Below, in pieces: positions 22,334-33,238 of a DNA stretch of 64,000 nucleotides. The position numbers and the translations under genes are program-made. The DNA comes from Lophium mytilinum (Eukaryota), in contig MU004185.1 in NCBI GenBank assembly GCA_010093605.1, forward strand, positions 517,334 to 581,333. Direction: 5' to 3'. Position 1 is the stretch's first letter; the number at the start of each line of letters is the position of its first letter. Under the pieces are notes generated by a model. The model did not search any database and had not been told where the DNA came from. It saw nothing but the letters and a program-made list of their open reading frames with translations.

Positions 22334-23264
22334 CGCAGCGGAGATTAGAGATGATCAGAGCTAAAGCTATCGATGAGCAGAAGGCTGGCGGGTATATATC
22401 GGACTGCCCTTGCGGTGGTCATACCGGCGCATTCCAGGGCGTTGGTGTTTTATTACGTGCCTCGGAATGTGGATAATGCATTCTTCGGAATCCAAGATCA
22501 CCGTACTCCTCAGCCTAAGGAGCCATGATGGTGGTTCCGCGGCCCTAAACGTGCGCTTGTCGTAGGCTGCACTGCACTGCTCGAATAGAAATGCTGAAGC
22601 TAAAAGCAAGAAAAACGTTACAAATGGTCTCGTTTTTGGTATGTTTTAAATGAAGTACCTTGAGAGGAGCTCCTAGTGATGAGATATATTACTAGCCACT
22701 GCTGCCTATCACCCTGGGTAAGAAAAAGGTGGCACACTCAGCAAGCATTTTCCCTTTCGTACGTGTGTTTGCTGCTGTTTGTGGTGCTTCAAGGCAGTTT
22801 TAAAGATATAAACGAGATGGCAACTCCTAGCTTTGAGCTATATAGAAATTTATTGAAGCACTCCAAGCAGTGGGAGACGAGTGTACACACGACCACTAAG
22901 CCAAACGAGACAGAAAGCTTGCTGAATCTGGCACCAGTTACTCTGCCCAGCGTGGCTATCCCGATGGCGCAAGTTGGATTGTGGAGACATCGTCCCGTGG
23001 TCGTGTTCCCTAAGCCCAATCTGAGTGGCTCTATCTAACACTCCAGTCAGTAGATGCCATGTCCGGCAAGAGACTCTGTTGAGACTAGTCGCCGCCGATG
23101 TCCATTGAGCTTCAATCAGTGAACGTCTATGTCGTATATCGTTGCATGCGATTCAGAACTCCAGCCAGTTGCACGCCAACATCTCAGAGGACCCTTTCGT
23201 CGACCTTTTTAGATCCCAATTGTAAAGCAAATCATCCAGATCGTCATCGTGGAGATCTTCGGTT

Positions 23265-23498
23265 TCAGTTCCTGCTCCCCATGATTCTCTCGTCCCGTGT
23301 TCTCGCGATTCTGCCCTTCTCCTGCGGCAGCGGCTTCAGCTCGTCGTTCGGGTCTTTCTCTCTGCCGTTTCCAGAAGTGAACGAGATCTGGGAGGCCTGG
23401 CTCTGGGTTTGTTCCCACTGTCGGCGCTGCCGGTCCTGTTCGTATTTGGCAATGTCATCGGCGGTCAAGGTGATCAGAGTTGCAGGACGGCGGAGCAT
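23265..23498 (-). CDS. CDC26: Anaphase-promoting complex subunit Cdc26
   Basis: N-terminal MLRRPAT-I-LTADDIAKYE signature; 77 aa. Confidence 0.88.
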   Translation of the reverse strand: MLRRPATLITLTADDIAKYEQDRQRRQWEQTQSQASQISFTSGNGREKDPNDELKPLPQEKGRIARTRDERIMGSRN

Positions 23499-23781
23499 GA
23501 TTGCGGTATGTTGTTGATATGTTAAGTGCGGAAGTGGGGCGCGTTTTTGGAATATGTGGTGGTGAGCTGGGCGATATCAATAGTGAACTCGGTAACCTTA
23601 GGATTAGGTTCTGTTTACCGTCTTGGACTTGTGTATGGATGTTGAAGGTGTTCAAGTCGCGACGTGCCGATCACTTTGACGGTGCCCGAGCTTTAACTTG
23701 GTCTTGGCAGTCGACATCACCACCGAAAAGTCGACCTCCCATCCCATCCCGGCGCCCCATTGCATACATACCACCATCACC

Positions 23782-24885
23782 ATGTATCAGCGGCACGTCC
23801 GCCCGTCGGCGGGCCTAATAGGGCGGCCGTTATCTCACGACATATCGAGCATTGCCAATGCCTCCCGCCGGGCTTTCCACATCACCTCCTCGACGTGCGA
23901 AGAAAAAGACCCGGCAGCACCAGGTAACTATTCCTACTGCATTTCTAACCTCTCCTATCATACGGCAGTTCCAGGCCTTGTTCTTTTCTAAGACCTAGCT
24001 TATATGCATATAGCATCTCCTCCAACTCCTCAACGCGACTCCCGCGCCGCTCGCTCCAGCAGCGCCTTTGCCCAACTCAACAACCTCCCCCGAAAGTCCA
24101 CCATGGCCCCCATCGGCGGACTACGCGCAGGCGTCTTCAGGAGCGGCCAGAAACCTTCTGGTCCGCCCCCGGCGCAGCTCCTTCAGCGACGGACACCTCC
24201 GGCCAGACTTCCTGATGGAACACTTGCCTCTCCTACTGGGGCACCGTCTGCTGGACCCCCGAAGCTGCTCATCCGGAGAGTCGCAGACCCAAACCAGCAA
24301 TACCGTGACGGGCCCCCAACGGGCCCCGGCGGGTTTGCGCCTCGTGCTCCCCGGGCTCCTCGCGAAGGAAGGGAAGGAGGCGGACGGCCAAGGCGCGAGA
24401 AGAGGGATCGGAAGGACCGTGATGGTCAGAAAGGGCGCAAACGGCCGGAGCCGGAGTTGATTGACGTGGCTGATCATCTCACGGATGGCGACGTGCTACA
24501 TCTCCTGCGGCTGCAGCGCGCAGCGTGGGACCCGAAGCCGTACGAGCCGATATACTCCGCTGAAAGTCAGGCTATCAATGGATTAGTTGAGACTGGGCGG
24601 AAGCTTATCTTTGGGGAAGAGGTGGAGGAGAAGCCATGGATTCGGTTGACGAAGAAGGAGAAGAGAGCGCTGGCGGAGGAGAAGCAACGGGTAGCAGGGG
24701 GAAAATATGAGATCAGCGCACTGGGACTGGCGAAGGGAAGTAAGAAGGAAGAATTGTGGATGGGGACGGCGTTGAGGGGCGCGCAGACGAATGCCTCTTT
24801 TACGACGAAGGATAGGGATATGTTCTTGGACAAGCTATCAGGCTTTATGGGCGTGAAAGCGCCGTTGCAGGCCACTGTGCAGTAG
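23782..24885 (+). CDS. Probable mitochondrial protein of unknown function (2 exons)
   Basis: Presequence-like start (MYQRHVRPS...SRRAFHITS), intron about 23924-24012, then a 293-codon Pro/Arg-rich exon. Confidence 0.75.
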
Positions 24886-25616
24886 GTATCACATCGTTAA
24901 GCTAAGTGTAGAATATGTACATTTACAAACAGTTATTCTGTCTTTAGCCAAACTGTCTAGGAAGTTCCTAGCTACTTGAAGCACATTTCTACATCGAATG
25001 TTTTTCTATATTTGGAGCGACTTGGTCAATCTCTATATCATGATCTATAATCTATGGACATTTCTTCTACAGCATGTTGTTCCTTTTGTTGCTTCTTGTC
25101 CACAAAGCGTCCACGCGTGGTGCATATAGACCACCTATAGCAACGAAGCAACCAGTCACCACTGTTGCTTGTTGTACCCAAAGCGTGGCCTCCGCGTACC
25201 CCAGTAAACAGCTTGAGACACCCCCACCATCTCAAACTCACCTGAGACAGATCCAGCCAATAGGACTATCCAGAGAATATATCTATAACAGCGCTAAACA
25301 TCTATTTAGGACTGTTTACCATTCACTCTACCCTCCACGCTTTTCCAGCCCCGGAGCCCGGAACAGGAAAGTCTTGGGTGCTTGAGGGGTAACGGAGTTT
25401 GGTAGTTACTACGGGTGCTTCTTGTAACCTCTGCGTACCCTCCGCGTGGGCTGGAGCCCAGCAAGCCTTTGCTCGAGATCAGATTTACAGGCTCTGGCCA
25501 AAGGGTGAGGATTCGTGCCAGATATCCACTGCCTGGAAATCCGCATTGGCTTAGCGATTGATCTGGGGAATGTTTGTGACGCTAGGGGTCCTCTGCTTGA
25601 GCGGGGTGCTCAGGAC

Positions 25617-26372
25617 GAGATGTCGAGTGTCAAAGCATAAACCATTCACCGAATTCTGCTTATTCACGTGGCTCACTATTCCTGAATAGGATGTAAAGGC
25701 GAGGATAGATGTCGAGGCATAACCAATTCACCAAATCCCACGCAATCCCGTGGTACCTCAGCGGACGTAAAGGTAAAGATTTCGAGTACGACCAATTCAC
25801 CGAAACGCAATCACGTGCATAAACGGAGCTTCAAGGTTCGAAGGTAAAGGTGTCGCCTTAGAACCAATTCACTGTTTTTTCCTCAATCACGTGGTGTTTC
25901 TAGCGAAGCTGTAGAGGTTGAGATGTTAGAGCACAACCAATTCACCGAATTTCTACGCGATCACATGGCAAAGAAGGTGTTCTAGCGCTGGGAGTCGAGA
26001 TATGACCAGTTCACCGATATCTTCTAAATCACGTGGCGTTATAAGCGAAGTTATCGTTTCCAAGACGTGGAAGTAAGACGAATTCACCGAATCTGGCTTG
26101 ATCATGTGGCAAGTACTTGCTACAAGTAGTCAAGATGTCAGAATGCGAACAAGTCACCGGTTATAAAGCAGCTCGGGTAGAAATTTCGTTGAAGAAGTCA
26201 AGATCGATGTACCTAGACTAAAAATCAATTCACCCAATCTAAAAGCTCACGCGGTTGATCTTGGAGTCTGTCCTGGGACTCTGGCCAAGCAGAATATACA
26301 ACTATCGTAATCTCTCCGCTACAAGAAGGCAACATACATCGAATTCACCATATTGGGTCTAATCACGTGAGC
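25617..26372. repeat. Degenerate non-coding tandem array, 10 units of ~70 bp, each with AATTCACC and TCACGTG motifs
   Basis: TTCACC-type cores at 25645, 25727, 25796, 25868, 25941, 26010, 26083, 26153, 26229 and 26344. E-box or variant about 20 bp downstream in 9 of 10 units. Confidence 0.9.
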
Positions 26373-26580
26373 ATCCCCATACTCCTACATGGACCCTCGG
26401 TACTTTTCGGCTCAAATCTCACATCATCACAAACACCTCGCAGATTTTATGAACATGTATGTCAGATCTATTCGCAAGCTTAGGTAATTTTCGAAGATAA
26501 AACTCCATAGCTCAAACGAAAATGCCCTCAAATACTACAATTACACGTATCAAAAAAGGCTCAACGGCTCACACTCGGCT

Positions 26581-28708
26581 CTAATACTCCAACGTGACCT
26601 TCTGCCCCTTGACCCGTCCGATCACGATGTCAGGCGCGTACTTCGGGATCACTTCATCGTCGTGCAGCATCTCAAACTCCTCCGACGCGTCCTTGCCCAT
26701 GTGCGAGAACAGCGCCTGGGGGCCGCCGGGGTGCTCGTCGACCCAGTTTGTCACGTCGAGCACGATGCCCTTGACTGCGATCCATAGATCCTCTTTCTTG
26801 TTGTGCTTGGCGACTTCCTCAAGCGAAAATTCCTTGTCGGGGATCTTGAAGTCCTTGACGTTGGCGGTTGAGGAGACCTTGCCCGGGTCGGCGGAGTCGG
26901 CGCCCTCTTTTAGGACGGGACCGGCCGATGTCTGCGATTGTTCTGCGATGGTGGAGGAGGAGGATGAACCGGAGCCATTGCCCCATTCTACGGAGACCTT
27001 GCCGGGGGTGTTGGGGTCGATGTGGAGGGATATTTGGCCGAGACGAGAGGCGGCGGAGCCACCACCGCTCTTGAGGAGGTTCTGGAAGAGGTATTTGGAG
27101 GCGGACTCGCCGGCTACTCGTCCGTAGACGACGCAGCCGAGAAGGGAGGAGCCACCGAGACGGTTAGCGCCGTGGACGCCACCAGCCAGCTCACCACACA
27201 CGTAGAGGCCGTCGAAAGGCTTGCCCTCGGAGTTTAGGCACTGCGCTTGGTCGTTGATCTCAATGCCGCCCATGGTGAAATGTAGTACGGGCTCCATCTC
27301 AGCAACGTGAAAGGTGTCGTCGATGTTGAAGGGAAGGTTGTGGAAGTATTTCTTATTCCACTCGTCCTTCTTCTTGCCATCGGCGATGGCGTTGTAGTCA
27401 TCAAAGCTGGCCTCCAGAGCGGCATCGCCGCAGCCGATCAACTTTGCCAACTCCTTGCCGGTCATCTTCTTCATTAGACCACGGCCGGAGTAGTGACGAG
27501 TGTGGAAGTCGAGGATGTTGGAGGCTTTGGAGTTAAGAACAAGTCGGATGGGCCATAAACCCTTCTCCTTCTCTTCCCACATCTTGCCTGAGACGTAATC
27601 ACGGTGACCGAGGTCGTCGCAGAAGCGTACACCCTTGGAGTTGAGGAGGATACCTCCTTCACCACGCAGAGCTGTTTGATATTAGTGGTATGTCTTCTAG
27701 GAAATCTCAGACGTTCTCACCTTCAGCAGCCAAGAATTTCGTCTTTGCTGTTGGGTCCTTGGGGTCTACTAGACCAGTGGGATGCACCTGAACTTTATCC
27801 ATATCAATGCCGTTCGCGCCAATGTTCATCAGCATCTTGTGTCCATCACCAGTGGCGTGTGCACCGTTGGTGGTCGACAGGCCATAGGTATCCGGGCGAT
27901 GCTTCTTCAGCAGCGAGTCTTCCGTAAAATCGGCAGCGTATCCACCAGTAGCCAAGATTACAGGGCCATCCACAACGGTCTCCTTTCCGTTGAAGAGGTA
28001 TGTCACGCCAGTCGCCTTGTTACCATCCTTGTTGACCTTGGTCACCTTAGCCTTCTTGATGAGCTGGACACGGTCTGGCTCGGCATCGGCTAGCTCCTCA
28101 AACCGTTGCATGAGAGCGTATGTGATAGCCATACCAGGGAACTTGGCATCGTGGCCACGATGTGTCCGCGGGAAGGAGTGTCCTCTGAAACTCAGATTAG
28201 CACATGCTCAAGATGATTTCAGTAGTTGAAGAGAGGCTAAAACATACCCTAACCGCGAAACCAGAGTCAAATCGAGGTTGAAGACATCCTGTAGCCACTC
28301 GACGGCCGCGGCGGATTTGTAGGTAAGCACCTTGATCAGATCCGGGCGGGCCTTGTCTCGCGCCGACTTTAGCGTGTCGTCGTAGAACTGCTTGACGCTA
28401 TCCTGGATCTTGTGGTCGACCTGCGTCCTTGTGAGGGCACCATTGATACCCGAGGTAGCCTTTGTCGAGTTGCCGCCCATGAAGTCTGGCAGCTGTCAAT
28501 CCCGCGGCACGGCAAGGATCTGGATGTGTCAAAGAGCTTACTGTTTTTATCGAGGAGCACGACATTGCCGCCGGATAGATAGATGGTGTGAGCAGCGCTC
28601 AGACCGGACACTGTGAATGAGGGTCAGTTACCGCAGCAATCCCGCAGCGTATCCGAGGGCATGTCGTCACTTACAGCCGGCACCAACAACAATGACTCTC
28701 TCAGGCAT
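26581..28708 (-). CDS. OSM1: Soluble FAD-dependent fumarate reductase with C-terminal cytochrome b5 domain
   Basis: VIVVGAGLSGL FAD-binding motif, GGNSTKATSGIN, VQVHPTG, LHFTMGG, GVHGANRLGGSSL, and the b5 heme motif EHPGG. Five exons. Confidence 0.93.
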
Positions 28709-30039
28709 GTTTGCGGAGGAATGGGTATAGAGGGAGGAATAAAGGATGTGAGAGAGGTGTAGAGGACTGGAGAGCAGTGGTGAAGCGTAAGACCTCGGTG
28801 GCGGAGAGGGAGCTGGGTGGGTTATGTAGAAGTGCAGGTGTAGAAGACAGTAATTGCCTCGGCCGTTAAGAGGCAGACTAAACTCGATGCGGGCGTGCCG
28901 TGGAGCAGGTGCAGCAAATCACAGCGGGTTTAATGTCAAGGGCGAGTCTCGTGCGATGGCTCAGCCTTTAAATCTCAAAGCTCGCTGACCCTCGCGCGCC
29001 GAATCTAACCAAGGGAAAATGCACTTGCGCATGTGAAGGCTGGCCCAGCAGCGCGTGATGTGGAGTCAGCTTGGTGCACCTCGCCGCTCCATCGCCCATC
29101 GACGCCGACTGGCCGCTGAGAAGCCCGAAATCTGGGGAAGGGCCAGTTCCCCTGTTTTTCATGTGAAAGTACGCTCCCCGCCATGGACAAGCTCGAGAGC
29201 CTCCCCAGATTTCTCCGTATTGTCTTTTTATTCCGCGCAAAACAATTCACCATGGAACAGTCGCTTGCATACCTTCTGGATCTCTTCTGATTTACAATTA
29301 ACTCTATGACAACTCTCCCTCTTCTGCACGCAGCGGGGGAATGTCCACCGAAGACACGAAAGGAAACTTTCGCCGCGAGTTTCCTAGCCGTCTCCGTCCA
29401 CGACGAGCTCCCCACAATACACACTTACAGAATCACTTACAAGACTCACGACCGCCATCACTCTGCAATGATCCTCTCGAGCAGCACATTCCGCAGAACC
29501 AGTAATTCGCGCAAGAGAGAGCAGAAAGCTACGGACAACTCTCGGTGTAGAACTCGGAAGCCCTTCTCTAAACCGGCCCGTGCTCGGACAACCTGCCATT
29601 CCGGACACCTCCATGATTCCGACAGTTCATACACAAACGGCATTCGCAATATTAGAATGGGCAGTTCGCGGCTCTGGGCGCGTCTCAATCCGTCACAGCA
29701 GTTCCCAGACGCTGGATTGCGGCTGAGGTGGATAACTGATAAACTTAGCATCACTAATGTTTCTTTGCACAAGAAAGGCTTCCAGCACTAACGATGAGGG
29801 CGTAGTTAGGCTTCTATACGACATAGAAAATCGATTGGGAAGGTAATATAGTGATATGAGCATCGAACATTCGTAAGCCATGCTGTTTTACGCCCACAGC
29901 TGTATGAGTGCGGCACAGCAAAGTAACAGACATCTTCGCCACTTTCAGAGCCTTCACGATGCAGCCCACATTATAGTACTACCAGCTCGAAAGCCACGCG
30001 AATACAGCGATCTTGCAATCTCATTCCATTATCATTCGC

Positions 30040-30547
30040 ATGGCAGGGCAAAACCACCTCAAGCAAACCGAGTTATCGTCCACAGCCACGATACTGATAG
30101 AAGCGTTCGGCCAGTGGGTCAACACCACGACAGAATGGCGCAAAATACAAGATGGCTTATATCTATGCGCGGATCCAAAGCTAGAAGACCAGCTGAACAT
30201 TCTCCGCATGGAGCGGGTGTGTTATACTCAGCACAACGCACTAGGCAAGGCTGACTCATATACTCTGCTAGATAATACCCCACAACGCGCTATCTATTAG
30301 AGTTCTTAGACTCACTTCTTCTGGAAAAGGCGCCCCGATCTTCACAAAGACGGGGTCAGTGAGCTGCATACTTCCTCTTCGAGGCCCAGATCCAACCGTC
30401 TCAGGACAAGTTGTGCCCATAGGCTACGCAATTACCTTCGAAGGGCCAGTCATGCTATACCCGCCAATGGACGTTCTCACACACACATTTCAAAACGAGG
30501 AGGAATGGATAGAGCAGAGGGAGGCTCTGAACGAAGCAGACAAGTGA
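30040..30547 (+). CDS. Small hypothetical protein (2 exons; may extend further 5')
   Basis: ORFs 30013-30300 and 30359-30547 join in frame through a predicted GC-AG intron at 30245-30329. Confidence 0.45.
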
Positions 30548-30840
30548 CATGGGGGCGTCCTTTAGCACTTTGATCCTAGCGTTTTTAGGCATAGTACCAG
30601 TTATAAACTAGATCTGCAAAGCTTGAAGCAGCTCGCTGCTTTCGACGATTTTCGGTTCTCCCATCTTTCGGATGTGTAATGTTTACTCCTTCATCAAAGA
30701 ATCTCAGAGACTCTTTGATAGAGCCTTGATATCGTTGAACATATCCGTCTCATCTCAATCCGACTTGCCAGAAAATCGTCCTCCCCTGCCTCCACCTTGC
30801 CTTCTACCTCCATCATTGCGCTCCCCCTCCCCCATTCCAC

Positions 30841-31314
30841 TCATTCAACAACCCACTCCTCCCCCCAAAACTCCCTCACCCCCCTCCCCACCTCCGCCCC
30901 CATCGCCCCCTCCAGCACATCCCCTCCCATCGAATCCACCCCCCCCTGCAACGCCTTCGCCACCAACTCCCGCAGACTCCCCGCCACCTCCGCTAGATTC
31001 GTGATATCCTGTTCGCTCAGCACACCTCGGGTTGTGCAGTAAGGCAGCAGATCCTGGATAGTGATTCTGGGTTGCTGGGGATGGTTTGGCGCGAAGGGGT
31101 CAGCTGGGTTGGTGTGGGCGGTAGGGCCTGGGCGGCGGTCGGCGGGGATGTGGCGGGGTGGTGGGGGAGGGCGTGAGGGGTGCTGTTGGTGGGTGGGTGG
31201 TTTGAGGAGTTGGGACGAGGTGGAGGCGGTGGCTTTGGGGCGAGATTGAGGTTGAGCTTGAGGGCCTGCGATGGTGCGGCGTTGTGGGGTGGGTGGAGGG
31301 GGTTGGCTGTTCAT
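30841..31314 (-). CDS. Hypothetical protein with Pro/Gln-rich N-terminus and small helical C-terminal domain
   Basis: ORF MNSQPPPP...LLPYCTTRGVLSEQDITNL...VREFWGEEWVVE. Family not recognised. Confidence 0.65.
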   Translation of the reverse strand: MNSQPPPPTPQRRTIAGPQAQPQSRPKATASTSSQLLKPPTHQQHPSRPPPPPRHIPADRRPGPTAHTNPADPFAPNHPQQPRITIQDLLPYCTTRGVLSEQDITNLAEVAGSLRELVAKALQGGVDSMGGDVLEGAMGAEVGRGVREFWGEEWVVE

Positions 31315-31952
31315 TTTGACGATGGGTTCGAGATGGTATGTAGAGGTTAGAAGTGAGATGGCGGTCGGAGCCGTTGAGGTTGAGAGGGATGTGAGGTCAA
31401 TGAGTGGATGTTGGGGTGACGTTGTAAGAAGGTTTCCTGGACAGGTGAGATGCCGCACTTCAACCACATCTCAGAAACTACAATATCGGCACATGGAATT
31501 TACGTATTTTACCTCGTGTTGAGGAATTTGTTCTTCTTTTACAGCCCTCTCGACGGGAGCGCCTGTACGATCTTCTATTTTAGCACAGCAGTCGCTCTAG
31601 CCTGCGACGCGCAACACGTCCATCTGCCTAAATAGGCCCCTGATGTGGTCTCAAGAAAGTGGAGTCATCCGCCTTAAAAGCAAACGCCAATTTGAACACC
31701 GTCCAGACAACGTCGGAAATACTGATCGGAGAGCCGAGGAGCAGCTGGGAGAGGTGAGGGTACAAATATTGTATGATACATATCTACTTTTGGAACGTTG
31801 AAGCTCTGAACATGAAGTATACGTGACGCTGATGAGCGAAATGGCCGATGGGTATCAAGAGAGGAGAATACAATTCGTGGCTGCTTTTACGCAAGGTTGT
31901 GTATCCAGAGAAGGGGGCTGCTCGATAGTATACAAGATTATGTGGCTGAACA

Positions 31953-32911
31953 TTATGTTTGGTTTGGGTTCGTAGTTGGCTCCGTGAGAGGCCTGGCTTC
32001 GGTGCTTGAAGGCTGTTCTGTCGTCTTCGCATCTACAGTTGTCTCCGCGTGGCTTTCTGGCCTGGTAGTCCAGAACTCAAGCAGCTTGGGTGTGTGCTGC
32101 TGTATGTGTGTCTCTACCTCATCCAGTTGCGTGCGAAGCGTGGTGATTTCAGCCTTTATTGCCTCAATCTCATGTTGTAGAGGCTTGGAATCTGCCTTGG
32201 AGAATGATGTTGTCTTTCCGTCCGTTGCCCCATTTTCAGGCTTGGCCTTGAAAAAACCCAGTAGTTTGCTTGACGTAGGCTCTGGGGTGTGCGTCGCTGC
32301 GACTTCCTGCATCTGGTTGCGAAGAGTCGTCATCTCAGCTTTCATAGCATCAAGCTCCTCTTGCACCTCATTGCGACGACCTTTCTCCTTCCGGCTTGAC
32401 CACCACCTCTCGAATAGTATGACACTGATTGCTACACTGAAGACGAATGCCTCAGAGACAAAATTGGCACCCGTTTCAATAGCTTTGGCCTCCGTAAGTG
32501 GCCGGATCCTCGGCTTATGTGCTTGCTTCGCCTTCTCTTTTATTGCCTCCCTCTCCTTGGCTGTGAGAGCTTCGTCCGCTTTGGTTTCGGCCTCTGTTTT
32601 CACCGTTGGTGCCTGCAACTTTTTCCTCCTCGCTTCAGCTTCCGCGACCTCCCTAGCAATCTGGCGATCTATAACTGCAGGGTCTTGGAGGAGCCCCAGG
32701 CGCATGTGCATGTCTATCCGATGAAGGCCTTGGGCGAAGCGGACACATACTTTTCGGAAGCGTTCGTGTTCGTGGGCATTGCGCTTAATGGCGTTCTGTT
32801 GTGATGCAATTAGCATACAACCTGAGGATGGAATGCGACATGAAGTCTCACAGCCACAGGCTTAGCCAGCGTCCTCACGAACAGCGAACCGATCTTAAGT
32901 GTCAAAGACAT
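31953..32911 (-). CDS. OPA3: OPA3-like mitochondrial protein
   Basis: MSLTLKIGSLFVRTLAKPVA/NAIK...IRPLTEAKAIETGANFVSEAFVF. One intron. Confidence 0.9.
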
Positions 32912-33238
32912 GGTAGTTTACAGGTAGTCGGTCAGATGTGAGAAGGGAGAGGGCGTCGTCAAAATCGGGCATTGAGGGGCGGGAGTCGAAACGAGCGAGC
33001 AGCCATTACGACGAGTAGGCCATATCTTAGTTTGGATGCAAATGAAGCTGTTACCAACTGCTGAGGTCGTAACGGTGAATGGAGGTGATGCTGCCTCGTG
33101 CAGGGTCATAAGGGCGCACGGGCCGCAGCTTCCTGATTTGCCCGGCAACCATTTCTATGTTTGTTGTTCAAGGTCGCTTCGTGCTCCCAAATCTCCAACC
33201 CACCTCGCCAGGACCACCACCACAACCCCGTCCTCCCC

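Noticed and set aside
25350..25620. RNase P/MRP or telomerase RNA (GGAAAGTC near 25366 resembles CR-I)
   Set aside because: I found no matching P4 partner strand or CR-V motif and no TAACCC-type template.
25617..26372. Calling the array a CRISPR array
   Set aside because: The context is eukaryotic, there are no cas genes, the repeats are far too degenerate, and the linkers retain traces of mutual similarity.
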